Source of the DNA: an uncultured Gemmatimonadales bacterium
GTDB lineage: Bacteria > Gemmatimonadota > Gemmatimonadetes > Longimicrobiales > RSA9
DNA length: 64,000 bases
Assembly: GCA_963816355.1 (NCBI GenBank)
Contig: CAWFKH010000003.1
Span: 1,280,001-1,344,000, forward strand
Direction: 5' to 3'
The translations under genes and the position numbers were made by a program. Below, piece by piece: positions 11,807 to 20,556 of this stretch. Position 1 is the first letter of the stretch. Every line of letters begins with the position of its first letter. The notes below the pieces were generated by a model. It worked only from the letters and a program-made list of their open reading frames with translations. It made no database searches and was not told the origin of the DNA.

Positions 11807-11875
11807 TCGTCACCGCAGGAGCCGCCGGGCGGGAACGCGCAATTCTTTCGAGCGCGGGAATACTCTTTTCGGAGA

Positions 11876-12763
11876 TCAGTCGGGGGCGTCGCCCGCTGGA
11901 TCGGGAGGACGTTGCGGAGATGCAACAGAGGACGGCCGACGCAGGACGAGCTCATTGCAGCCGAGGCCGTGCGTCGGGCGCACCGTCTCTGGCTGGAAGC
12001 CACGTTGCGCGTAGAAGGCGAGGAGGGCCTCGGTGGAGGCATACTCGTAGGGGTAGCCGCCGACCCAGTCGACAATGTCGCGCCAGCGGCTCATGCCGCG
12101 GCGCGCGTCGTAGCGGGTCCAGGAGCGGAGGTAGTCGAGGGGGCGCAGGCGAAGGGCCGCGCGGGCGGCGTCCTTCACCTCGTAGGGCGCCATGGCGAGG
12201 AGGGCGTAGAGGGGCCGCAGCGGCGGGGCTATCTCGTTGTAGCGCTTCTTGATGCCTCGCCAGCGCAGGCTCTCCTCGCCGCGGTCGTTGTAGATGGCGA
12301 TGAAAAGGCGGCCGCCTGGAGCGACCGGGATCGCCGCGTTGTCGAGCGCCTCCCACATGCGGCCGGTGTGATGGAGCACCCCCCAGGAGTAGACGATGTC
12401 GAAAGTGCCGAGGGAGCGGAGGTACGCGGCGTCGAGGGCCGAGCCCTCCTCGACGGCCCAGTCGGGGTCGCCGTCGAAGTAGCGGGCGCGCAGCTCGCGC
12501 GCGCAGGCGACGGAGGCGGGGTCGTAGTCGAGGGAGTGGACGCGCGCGCCGAGCCGGCGCGCGGCGAGGCTGAAGAGGCCGCTGCCGCAGCCGATGTCGA
12601 GGAAGGAGAGGCCGGCGAGGTCCCTCACGCCGAGCATCTCCCGGAGCGAGTCCTCGGCGCGCGCGATGCGCGTCTCGTTCAGGTCGCGGAGGAAGCGGGC
12701 CCAGTTGCGGCCGAATTCGAAGCGTTCGGAACGGGCGACCTCGCGGGCGTGCTCTTCACTCAT
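11876..12763 (-). CDS. Class I SAM-dependent methyltransferase of the type found in glycan loci
   Basis: FLDIGCGSG, FDIVYSWGVLHHTG, DWVGGYPYE. Confidence 0.85.
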   Translation of the reverse strand: MSEEHAREVARSERFEFGRNWARFLRDLNETRIARAEDSLREMLGVRDLAGLSFLDIGCGSGLFSLAARRLGARVHSLDYDPASVACARELRARYFDGDPDWAVEEGSALDAAYLRSLGTFDIVYSWGVLHHTGRMWEALDNAAIPVAPGGRLFIAIYNDRGEESLRWRGIKKRYNEIAPPLRPLYALLAMAPYEVKDAARAALRLRPLDYLRSWTRYDARRGMSRWRDIVDWVGGYPYEYASTEALLAFYAQRGFQPETVRPTHGLGCNELVLRRPSSVASPQRPPDPAGDAPD

Positions 12764-14660
12764 CGGGCGTGTTCTCCAGACGGGTCTCGATCATGATCGG
12801 CAGGCGGACGGAGCCCGACGCGACGATCACTTCGCGGTCGTCCAGCACTCCGTACGCGTCGCTGCCCCGCACCGCCGCCGTGCGCAGCGTCATCGCCGCC
12901 GGCAGCGCGAAGCGGAAGAGCACGCGGATCCCCTCGCCGTGCACGGCGACGAGGTCCGGAGCACGGATCTCGGGCGTGAGGCCCGGCGCGAGGTGGAAGC
13001 GGACCGTGACGTCCTCGACGCCACGGCCGTCGACGCGGTCTTCGACGATCCAGCGGCCGGGCTCGATCGCGCTCACGGTCCTGCGGCAGGTGGCACCGGA
13101 GGCGCGGTGGGCGTAGCCGGAGTGCTCGGCGACCAGCGTAGCGGCGCCGGGTCCGGCGCGCCACGCGAGCGCCCGCGAGCGCGTGCGGTCCTCCAGGATG
13201 CGCCAGGGCCGGCGGGGATCGATCGGGTTCGACTCCTCGGCGCCGATCTGCAGGACGTTGTGGGAAGCGGTGGCGCGGAAGGCGTGGCGCGCGGCGAGGT
13301 CGCGCGTGTAGCAGAAGGTACCGAGGTCGGCGAGCACGCGGCGGCCCGCGAGCCCGAGCTCGAGGGAGAGTTGGTCGTCGTGGTCGTGGCTGCCGGCGCC
13401 GTCGAGTCCGACGGCGCCGCAGCGGACGACGGCGTGGTCGTCGCCGGCGCGCAGGACGTAGAATCCGCCGTGCGGGAAGTCGGCGGATGCGGGGGCCGGC
13501 GGCAGTTCCAGCCACGGCGGCAGCCCCAGCGCGTGCCGGCGCGGCTGGCGCGCCGCAGCGGCGCGGAAGAGGTGGACGCGGCCGTCGTCGGCGTCGCCGA
13601 TCATCGGGGCGTCGCCGGAGGCCGGCAGGTACGCGGCGATGAACCGCAGCATCGCGTCCAGGCGCGGGCCGTAGTGCGGCCCGAGCAGCTCGGGAGCGTT
13701 CCGCCGGACCACCTCGCCGCCACAGGCGAAGAGCTCCGCGGCGAGGCGGTGGTAGCCGACCGAGCCCTCGAAGGAGACACCGTCCTCGCGGACCTGGTGG
13801 AGGATCTCGCGGTCGAGGATGCGCGCGCCACGACGGAGCCAGCGCTCCGCCTCCGGCGCTCCCCGGAAGAACGCGCCGAGGTAGACGAGTCCGACCGCGT
13901 CCGCCACGAAGTGGTTGCCGCGATGGACCGGGTGCCATTCCAGGTGCCGCTCGAGCCACAGGCCGGTGGCGAACAGGTTCGCGAGGAACGGCGGCCAGAG
14001 ATCGCCCGAGAGATCTTCGCGGGCGGCGAAGAGGACGGCTCCGACCGTCCAGTTGGCCGCCCGCAGGGCGGCATCCATCGGCGAGGCCCAGTGCGGCCCG
14101 TAGCCGAGCGGGTCGTCGTCGATCCAGGAGCGCACGTGCCGTTCGAAGGCGCCGGCGAAGGCCGCCTCCCCGGTCGTCCACGCCGCGCGCGCGAGCGGCA
14201 GGACGTGGTAGAAGCGGGAAAGCTCCCAGACCGTGCGGATGTCGGAGCCGTCGCCGCGCACGATCGCGTAACGGCTGGAGCGGCCGAGCGGCCACAGCGC
14301 GCCGGAGTAGAGGTCGCGCCGCCAGGCGGGCCCATCACCCAGCTCGACCCGGCCGGACCCGATCAGATCGAAGCGGCCGCGCACGGCGTCGCGCGCGATG
14401 TCCAGATCGGCCGGCTCGCACGTAGAGCGGCACCACGCCTCCGCTTCGGCGAGGTCGACCCAGAGGCGGCCCGCCCCCGGCCGGCGCAGCCACGCCGCCG
14501 CTCCCGCCCGCTTCCACTCGGCCGTCCAGCGCGCCGCCCACGCCCGGCCGCGGCGCTCGCTGCGGCGCAGGCCCCCGGCCGAGTCCACGGCGTCGCGCGC
14601 GCGTCGTCGTATGCGGAACGCGGCGGCGCGGGTGAAGTCGAGCGGACGCAGCCGGCTCAA
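12756..14660 (-). CDS. Heparinase II/III family protein
   Basis: DIRTVWELSRF, GNHF, DGVSFEGSVGYH, IGDADDG, GSHDHDDQLS, FRATASHN; probable TTG start overlapping the upstream stop (TTGA). Confidence 0.85.
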   Translation of the reverse strand: MSRLRPLDFTRAAAFRIRRRARDAVDSAGGLRRSERRGRAWAARWTAEWKRAGAAAWLRRPGAGRLWVDLAEAEAWCRSTCEPADLDIARDAVRGRFDLIGSGRVELGDGPAWRRDLYSGALWPLGRSSRYAIVRGDGSDIRTVWELSRFYHVLPLARAAWTTGEAAFAGAFERHVRSWIDDDPLGYGPHWASPMDAALRAANWTVGAVLFAAREDLSGDLWPPFLANLFATGLWLERHLEWHPVHRGNHFVADAVGLVYLGAFFRGAPEAERWLRRGARILDREILHQVREDGVSFEGSVGYHRLAAELFACGGEVVRRNAPELLGPHYGPRLDAMLRFIAAYLPASGDAPMIGDADDGRVHLFRAAAARQPRRHALGLPPWLELPPAPASADFPHGGFYVLRAGDDHAVVRCGAVGLDGAGSHDHDDQLSLELGLAGRRVLADLGTFCYTRDLAARHAFRATASHNVLQIGAEESNPIDPRRPWRILEDRTRSRALAWRAGPGAATLVAEHSGYAHRASGATCRRTVSAIEPGRWIVEDRVDGRGVEDVTVRFHLAPGLTPEIRAPDLVAVHGEGIRVLFRFALPAAMTLRTAAVRGSDAYGVLDDREVIVASGSVRLPIMIETRLENTPDE

Positions 14661-15835
14661 GCGACGTGCTCCCGAACGAGGCGGACGATCTCCGCGCAGC
14701 GGCCCTCCCACGACTCGGCCCGCGCGCGCTGCGCCGCCTCCCGCCGCGCGGCCGCGTCCGGCGGCGTCGCGATCACCTCTCCAACGGCCGCGACGAAGGC
14801 GTCCGCAGTGTGCGCGACGTGGAGGAACGGGTCCGGCGGCAGCGCCACGATCTCCGGCAGCGAAGTGGACACGACGGGGATCCCGGCCGACAGGTATTCG
14901 CGCAGCTTGATCGGGTTGACCGCACGCGTCAGCTCGTTCAAACAGAAAGGAACGAGGGCGACGTCGAAGCGGGCCGCGTACGCGGGCAGCTCCGCGTACG
15001 GCTTCTGTCCGAGCAGCCGGACGTTCGGGCGCCGGGCGAGGGCGCTCACGTCCACACGGGTCTTGCCGAGGAGGACCAGAACGGCGTCCGGAAAGGCATC
15101 CGCCACGCGGCCCAGCAGGTCCTGGTCGATCCAGTCGTGCAGGAGCCCGAAGAAGCCGATCACGCGGCGGTCACCCACATCCGCCAGATCCGGCGGTACC
15201 GGCTGCGGCTCGAGCGCCGCGGCCGCGAAGTGCGCCCACTCGACGCCGTGCCGGACCAGATAGGCGCGTTCGGTATGGGGCCGGCAGTCCTCGAGCAGCT
15301 CCTGCGACGACGCGATCACCACGTCCGCGTCGCGGCACAGCCGCTCGTGACACTCCCGCATGACGCGCTCGTCGTACTCCTCGAAGGCCCACCAGCGGTC
15401 CACGCAGTGATAGACCAGTCCCCGCCTCGGGAACCGGTGCAGGTACGCCGCCACGGTCGGCGTGTACACCCAGAGCAGCGGCCGCTCCGAGCCCGGCGTC
15501 CCGCGCAGCGCGCGCGACACGGCCCTGCGGTAGAGGCGCGCGTTCAGCGCCCGCGCCAGCCGGCTCCCCGGCAGCGGGACCGACAGCGGGCTCACCACCC
15601 GCACCCCACCCTCCGCCCGCGGCGCCGCGCCCGCCGAGCGCAGCCGTCCGGCGATCCGCCGCAGGTCACCGGCGCTGGTCAGGCGCGGCACCCGCATGCC
15701 GGCCGACTCCACCCACACGACGTCCGCGCTCCGCGCCAGGTACCGCATGACGTGGTGCTTGCTCGTGGGATCGCCCCGCCAGTCGTTCGCGAAGCACACG
15801 ATCGGCCCCGCCAAGGCGGCGCCGCCAGCTTCCAT
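14657..15835 (-). CDS. Glycosyltransferase, GT-B fold (GT4/TuaH-like)
   Basis: NDWRGDPTSKHH, VYHCVD, RHGV, IGFFGL, NPIKLREYLSAG; ATG 15835 after GAGGAG. Confidence 0.85.
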   Translation of the reverse strand: MEAGGAALAGPIVCFANDWRGDPTSKHHVMRYLARSADVVWVESAGMRVPRLTSAGDLRRIAGRLRSAGAAPRAEGGVRVVSPLSVPLPGSRLARALNARLYRRAVSRALRGTPGSERPLLWVYTPTVAAYLHRFPRRGLVYHCVDRWWAFEEYDERVMRECHERLCRDADVVIASSQELLEDCRPHTERAYLVRHGVEWAHFAAAALEPQPVPPDLADVGDRRVIGFFGLLHDWIDQDLLGRVADAFPDAVLVLLGKTRVDVSALARRPNVRLLGQKPYAELPAYAARFDVALVPFCLNELTRAVNPIKLREYLSAGIPVVSTSLPEIVALPPDPFLHVAHTADAFVAAVGEVIATPPDAAARREAAQRARAESWEGRCAEIVRLVREHVA

Positions 15836-16030
15836 TGCGCCCTCCTCGCCCGCTCGCCCTGCCTGAGTCGCCATCCGCCTCCGTTGCTCCGCGCCCGTGC
15901 GTCCCTCCGCGGCGCGCCTCTCCGCACGCCCCGGTCCGCGCGGCGCGCCCTGTGCTTCCGGTATATTATGTGCCCTCGCGGAGCGGGACGGAAATCGCAC
16001 GACTCGAACACGGGGACGACGGGCGTCTTG

Positions 16031-17173
16031 ATGCCGGAGCTGATCTTCCTGCTGCTCGCGCTGGTGCTGGCGTGGGCGTACGTCGGCTACCCGCTCGCGA
16101 TGGAGTGGCGGGCGGCGCGGGCGCGGCGGCGGCGGGTCGAGGTCACGTCCGGCGGCGAGGCGGCCGCGTCCACGATCTCGATCGTGCTGCCGGTGCGGGA
16201 CGGCGAGCGCTGGCTGGAGCGACGGCTCGCGGAGCTGTTGGAGCAGGCGTGGTCGGGCGAGCGGGAGGTGGTGGTCGTGCTGAACGGGTGCCGCGACGGT
16301 AGCCGCGCGGTCGCGGAGCGGGTGGCGAGGCGGGAGCCGGCAGTGCGCGTGCTGGAGAGTCCCCCGGAGGACGGAAAGTCCGGAGCGCTCGCGGCGGGGG
16401 TGGCGGCGGCGGCGGGCGAGGTCGTGGTGTTCGCGGACGTGCGACAGCGGTGGTCCGCGGGGACGGTGCGGCGGCTGGCGGCGCGCCTGCGCGAGCCCGG
16501 AGTCGGCGCGGTCACGGGACGTCTGGTGTGGCGGGAGGCGGGGAGCGCGGCGACGCGCGGCTTCAACCGGTACTGGGGGTACGAGACGCGGCTGCGGCTG
16601 GCCGAGAGCGAGAGCGGCTCCGTGATCGGAGCGACCGGCGCGATCTGGGCGGCCCGGCGCTCGCTCTACCCTTCCCTGCCGGCCGGCGTGATCCTCGACG
16701 ACGTCTACGCGCCGCTGTCGATCGCGGCCGCGGGGTACCGGGTGGTGATGGAAGCGGAGGCGATCGCCCACGACGAGCCCTCGAGCGACGACGCCGCCGA
16801 GTACGCGCGTCGCGTGCGACACCTCGTCGGCAACCTGCAGCTCCTGCGTCTCATGCCGTGGCTGCTGCACCCGCGGCGCAATCCGGTTTGGGGCCGCTAC
16901 GTCTCGCACAAGCTGTTGCGGGTGCTCACGCCGCTGCTCCTCCCGGCGCTCCTGCTCGCCGGCCTGCTGTCGACGAACCTCCTCGCGCGATCGCTGGCGC
17001 TGGTTCTGGCCGCGGTCTACGTTCTCGGCGCCGTCGGAATCGCGCTGCGGCTGCGGGCTCTGGCGCTGCCATCCGCGTTCGTGCTCGCGCACACGGCCGG
17101 GATCTCGGCGCTTCTGCGGCCCGGCCGCGGCGCGGCACAGGTGTGGCACCGACCATCGGGCGGAGACGCATGA
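16031..17173 (+). CDS. GT2 glycosyltransferase with membrane anchors
   Basis: N-terminal TM ending YVGYP, GKSGAL, VVFADV, GATGAIWA, LDD, RRVR, C-terminal TMs. Confidence 0.88.
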   Translation: MPELIFLLLALVLAWAYVGYPLAMEWRAARARRRRVEVTSGGEAAASTISIVLPVRDGERWLERRLAELLEQAWSGEREVVVVLNGCRDGSRAVAERVARREPAVRVLESPPEDGKSGALAAGVAAAAGEVVVFADVRQRWSAGTVRRLAARLREPGVGAVTGRLVWREAGSAATRGFNRYWGYETRLRLAESESGSVIGATGAIWAARRSLYPSLPAGVILDDVYAPLSIAAAGYRVVMEAEAIAHDEPSSDDAAEYARRVRHLVGNLQLLRLMPWLLHPRRNPVWGRYVSHKLLRVLTPLLLPALLLAGLLSTNLLARSLALVLAAVYVLGAVGIALRLRALALPSAFVLAHTAGISALLRPGRGAAQVWHRPSGGDA

Positions 17174-19347
17174 AGCAGCTCGTACAGGAATCCGGGTCGG
17201 GGGAAGTCCGGCTCGTGGACGTGGCGGCGCCGGTCGTGCGGCCGGGCGGCATCCTGGTGAGGAACCACTTCTCGGTCATCAGCGTGGGCACGGACCGGGC
17301 GCAGCTCGAGTTCGGCCGCAAATCGCTCATCGGCAAGGCGATGGAGCGGCCGAAGCAGGCGCGGCGGGTGATCGAGAGCGCGCTCGAGGACGGCATCGGC
17401 ACCACCTACCGCCGGGTCCAGGACCGGCTCGAGCGGCTCACGCCGCTCGGCTACAGCTGCGCCGGCGTGGTGGAGGCGGTGGGGCCGGGCGTGAGCGACT
17501 TCGAGCCCGGCCAGCGCGTCGCGTGCGCGGGCGCGCAGTACGCGCATCACGCCGAAGTCGTCTGGGTGCCGCGCAACCTGGCGGTGCCGCTGCCGGCGGG
17601 GACGCGCCTCGAGGACGCCGCCTTCGCGACGATGGGCGCGATCGCGCTGCAGGGCGTCCGTCAGGCCGAGGCGCGCCTCGGCGAGACCGTCGTCGTGATC
17701 GGCCTCGGCCTGCTGGGCCAGCTCACGGTACGGCTTCTCGACGCCGCGGGCGCACGCGTGGTCGGGATCGACATCGACGCGGGCCGCGTCGCGCTCGCGG
17801 CGCGCGCCGGCTGCCTCGCGCTGGAACGCTCCGACGCCGTCGAGGAGCGCATCCGCGACTTCACCGGCGGCATCGGCGCCGACGTCGTCATACTCACCGC
17901 CGCGACCCGCAGCCACGACCCGATCCGATTGGCCGGCGCACTCGCCCGCGACCGCGGCCGCGTGGTCGTCGTGGGCGCGGTCGCCATGAACGTTCCCCGC
18001 TCGCCGTTCTACGAAAAGGAGCTGGACGTACGTCTCTCCCGCTCCTACGGCCCCGGCCGCTACGATCCGGCCTTCGAGGAGAAGGGTCAGGAGTATCCGG
18101 TCGGCTACGTGCGCTGGACGGAGCGCGGCAACCTCGCCGAGTTCGTCCGGCTCGTCGGCGCGGGCCGGATCGACATAGCGCCGCTGGTGACCCGGAGGAT
18201 CGAACTCGCGGAGGCGGCCGACGTCTACGCCGGCCTCGCGACGGGCGAGTCCCCGCTCGGCGTCCTGCTGCGCTACCCCGCCGCGCACGGCGCGCCGGCC
18301 GCCGACACCGGAAAGATCCTCGTGCGGGGCGAATCCGCGCCGGCCGGACGGCGCGGGGGCGGCGTCGGAATCGGGGTCGTCGGCGCCGGCAGCTTCGCCC
18401 GCGACGTCCTGCTGCCGACTCTCGCCTCGCTCGACGTGGACCGCGTGGGAATCGTCACCGCGAGCGGCCTGAGCGGGCGCAACGCGGCGGAGCGGCACGG
18501 TTTCCGCTACGTCGCCCCGTCGCTCGAGGCGCTGCTGGACGACGACGCCGTGGACGCCGTCGTGATCGCGACGCGCCACGCGGACCACGCGGCGCTCGCG
18601 AGCGCGGCGCTGCGCGCCGGCAAGGCCGTGTTCGTCGAGAAGCCGCTGGCCCTCGATCGCGGCGACCTCCGCGACGTGCTGAGCGCCGCGAGCGGCGCGC
18701 CGCCCCTGATGGTTGGCTTCAACCGGCGCTTCGCCCCGGCGACGCACTTCCTGAAGGAGCGCGTGCTCGGCCGACCCGGCGCGAAGGTCGTCGCGATCCG
18801 GGTCAACGCCGGCAGGATCCCCGCGGACTCGTGGATCCACGACCCCGCCCAGGGCGGCGGCCGGCTGATCGGCGAGGGCTGCCACTTCGTCGATCTGGCG
18901 ATCCACCTCCTCGGCGGCGCCCGACCCTCCGGCGTGGAGGCGGTCGCGATCGGCGGGGCGGATCCGGACGCGGCGCTTAAGGACAATTTCTGCGTCACGC
19001 TGCGATTCGACGACGGGTCGATCGCCGCGATCGTCTACACGTCGAAGGGCGACGCCTCCGCCGGCAAGGAGCGCGTCGAAGCGTTCGCGGGCGGCGCGAC
19101 CGGCGTCATCGACGATTTCAGACGCGCGGAAGCGTGGGCGGGCGGACACCGCGACCGCTGGAAGGGACGCCAGGACAAGGGACACCGCGCGGAGCTCGAG
19201 GCGTTCGTCCGCTGCGTCCGCGAGGGGCTGCCGTCGCCGATCGCGCTCGAGGAGCTCGAAGCGGCATCCAGCGCCACGATCGAAGCGGCCGAGCGCATCG
19301 GAGCGACCTCGCTCCAACTTCGAGACGACGACCTGAAAAAGGCTTGA
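17170..19347 (+). CDS. Bi-domain oxidoreductase (MDR/Zn-ADH-like plus Gfo/Idh/MocA)
   Basis: SVISVGT, LGYSCAG, GLGLLGQL, SRSYGPGRYD, GAGSFA, FVEKPLA, VGFNRRF, GEGCHFVD, QDKGH. Confidence 0.9.
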   Translation: MKQLVQESGSGEVRLVDVAAPVVRPGGILVRNHFSVISVGTDRAQLEFGRKSLIGKAMERPKQARRVIESALEDGIGTTYRRVQDRLERLTPLGYSCAGVVEAVGPGVSDFEPGQRVACAGAQYAHHAEVVWVPRNLAVPLPAGTRLEDAAFATMGAIALQGVRQAEARLGETVVVIGLGLLGQLTVRLLDAAGARVVGIDIDAGRVALAARAGCLALERSDAVEERIRDFTGGIGADVVILTAATRSHDPIRLAGALARDRGRVVVVGAVAMNVPRSPFYEKELDVRLSRSYGPGRYDPAFEEKGQEYPVGYVRWTERGNLAEFVRLVGAGRIDIAPLVTRRIELAEAADVYAGLATGESPLGVLLRYPAAHGAPAADTGKILVRGESAPAGRRGGGVGIGVVGAGSFARDVLLPTLASLDVDRVGIVTASGLSGRNAAERHGFRYVAPSLEALLDDDAVDAVVIATRHADHAALASAALRAGKAVFVEKPLALDRGDLRDVLSAASGAPPLMVGFNRRFAPATHFLKERVLGRPGAKVVAIRVNAGRIPADSWIHDPAQGGGRLIGEGCHFVDLAIHLLGGARPSGVEAVAIGGADPDAALKDNFCVTLRFDDGSIAAIVYTSKGDASAGKERVEAFAGGATGVIDDFRRAEAWAGGHRDRWKGRQDKGHRAELEAFVRCVREGLPSPIALEELEAASSATIEAAERIGATSLQLRDDDLKKA

Positions 19348-19352
19348 ACTTC

Positions 19353-20312
19353 ATGCGATATGCGATCACCGGAGGCGCCGGCTTCATCGGCTCGCACCTC
19401 GTCCATCGCCTCGTCGAGGACGGCCACGAAGCCGTCGTGCTCGACGACTTCTCGACCGGGAAGCGCGAGAACCTCGACGATGTGCTCGACCGCATCGAGC
19501 TGGTCGAGGGCGACATCCGCGACCTCGACACGTGCCGCGCCGCCATCGCCGGCGCCGACTACGTGCTGCACCAGGCGGCACTGCCCTCCGTCCCCCGCTC
19601 GGTCAAGGACCCGGCGTCCTCCCACGCCGTCAACGCGACGGGGACCCTCAACGTCCTCATCGCCGCCCGCGACGCCGGCGTGCGCAGGGTCGTCTACGCC
19701 GCCTCCTCCTCCGCCTACGGCGACACGGCCGTCCTTCCCAAGGCCGAAACGATGAGGCCGAACCCGCTCTCCCCGTACGCTGCCGCGAAGCTCTCCGGCG
19801 AGCTGTACTGCGCCGCCTTCGCCGCCAGCTACGACCTCGAGACCGTCGCCCTGCGCTACTTCAACATCTTCGGACCCCGCCAGGACCCGGAATCCGCCTA
19901 CGCAGCCGTCATCCCCAAGTTCGCCGCCGCGGCGCTCGCAGGCGAGCCGCCCGTGATCTTCGGCGACGGCGAGCAGACGCGCGACTTCACCCACGTCGAC
20001 AACGCCGTCTTCGCGAACCTGCGCGCGTGCGTCGCCCCCGCGGCGGGCGCGGTCGGGCGGACCTTCAACGTGGGATGCGGGGTCCGCATCAGCATCAACG
20101 AGCTCTGGCGCCGCATCCGGGACGCCACCGGCACCACCGTCGAGCCACGTTACGAGGCGGCCCGAACCGGCGACGTCCGCGACTCGCTCGCGTCGATCGA
20201 AGCGGCCGCCGACGCGCTCGACTACGCCGTCGTCGTGCCGCTCGAGGAGGGGATCCGCCGCACGGTCTCCTGGTACGCGGAGCGGGCGGATACGCCGCTG
20301 GCGCAGTCGTAG
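19353..20312 (+). CDS. NAD-dependent nucleotide-sugar epimerase (extended SDR, WbpP/TviC-like)
   Basis: TGGAGFIGS, HQAALPSVPRS, ASSSAYG, YAAAK, LRYFNIFGPRQDP. Confidence 0.9.
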   Translation: MRYAITGGAGFIGSHLVHRLVEDGHEAVVLDDFSTGKRENLDDVLDRIELVEGDIRDLDTCRAAIAGADYVLHQAALPSVPRSVKDPASSHAVNATGTLNVLIAARDAGVRRVVYAASSSAYGDTAVLPKAETMRPNPLSPYAAAKLSGELYCAAFAASYDLETVALRYFNIFGPRQDPESAYAAVIPKFAAAALAGEPPVIFGDGEQTRDFTHVDNAVFANLRACVAPAAGAVGRTFNVGCGVRISINELWRRIRDATGTTVEPRYEAARTGDVRDSLASIEAAADALDYAVVVPLEEGIRRTVSWYAERADTPLAQS

Positions 20313-20314
20313 CT
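20299..20314 (+). promoter_or_regulatory. Possible sigma54 promoter for the TonB-type gene
   Basis: TGGCGCA-GTCG-TAGCT (GG-N10-GC) overlapping the epimerase stop. Confidence 0.3.
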
Positions 20315-20556
20315 GGCGCGCAACAACAGGGGGGAATAGTGCGGCGTCGGCGCAACAGCCCGAGCGGCGGACGATGCGCCGCCTGGCGAACGGATCGACG
20401 CTGCGGCGCTTCGCGGGCTCGGCCGGGCCGATCGCCCGGTCTCGTTTTCGCGGAGCGACGCCGGTCCTGATCGCGGTTACGGCCTTCCCCGGTTGCGCCT
20501 ACATGGGGGAGAGCGCGATCGGGCGGGGACGAAGGGACACGGAAGGGGAGGAGCGG

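Noticed and set aside
20332..20556. Possible second structured leader RNA upstream of the TonB-type gene
   Set aside because: Only 6-8 bp GC-rich complementarities (e.g. 20342-20349 with 20456-20463) and no recognisable aptamer; expected by chance
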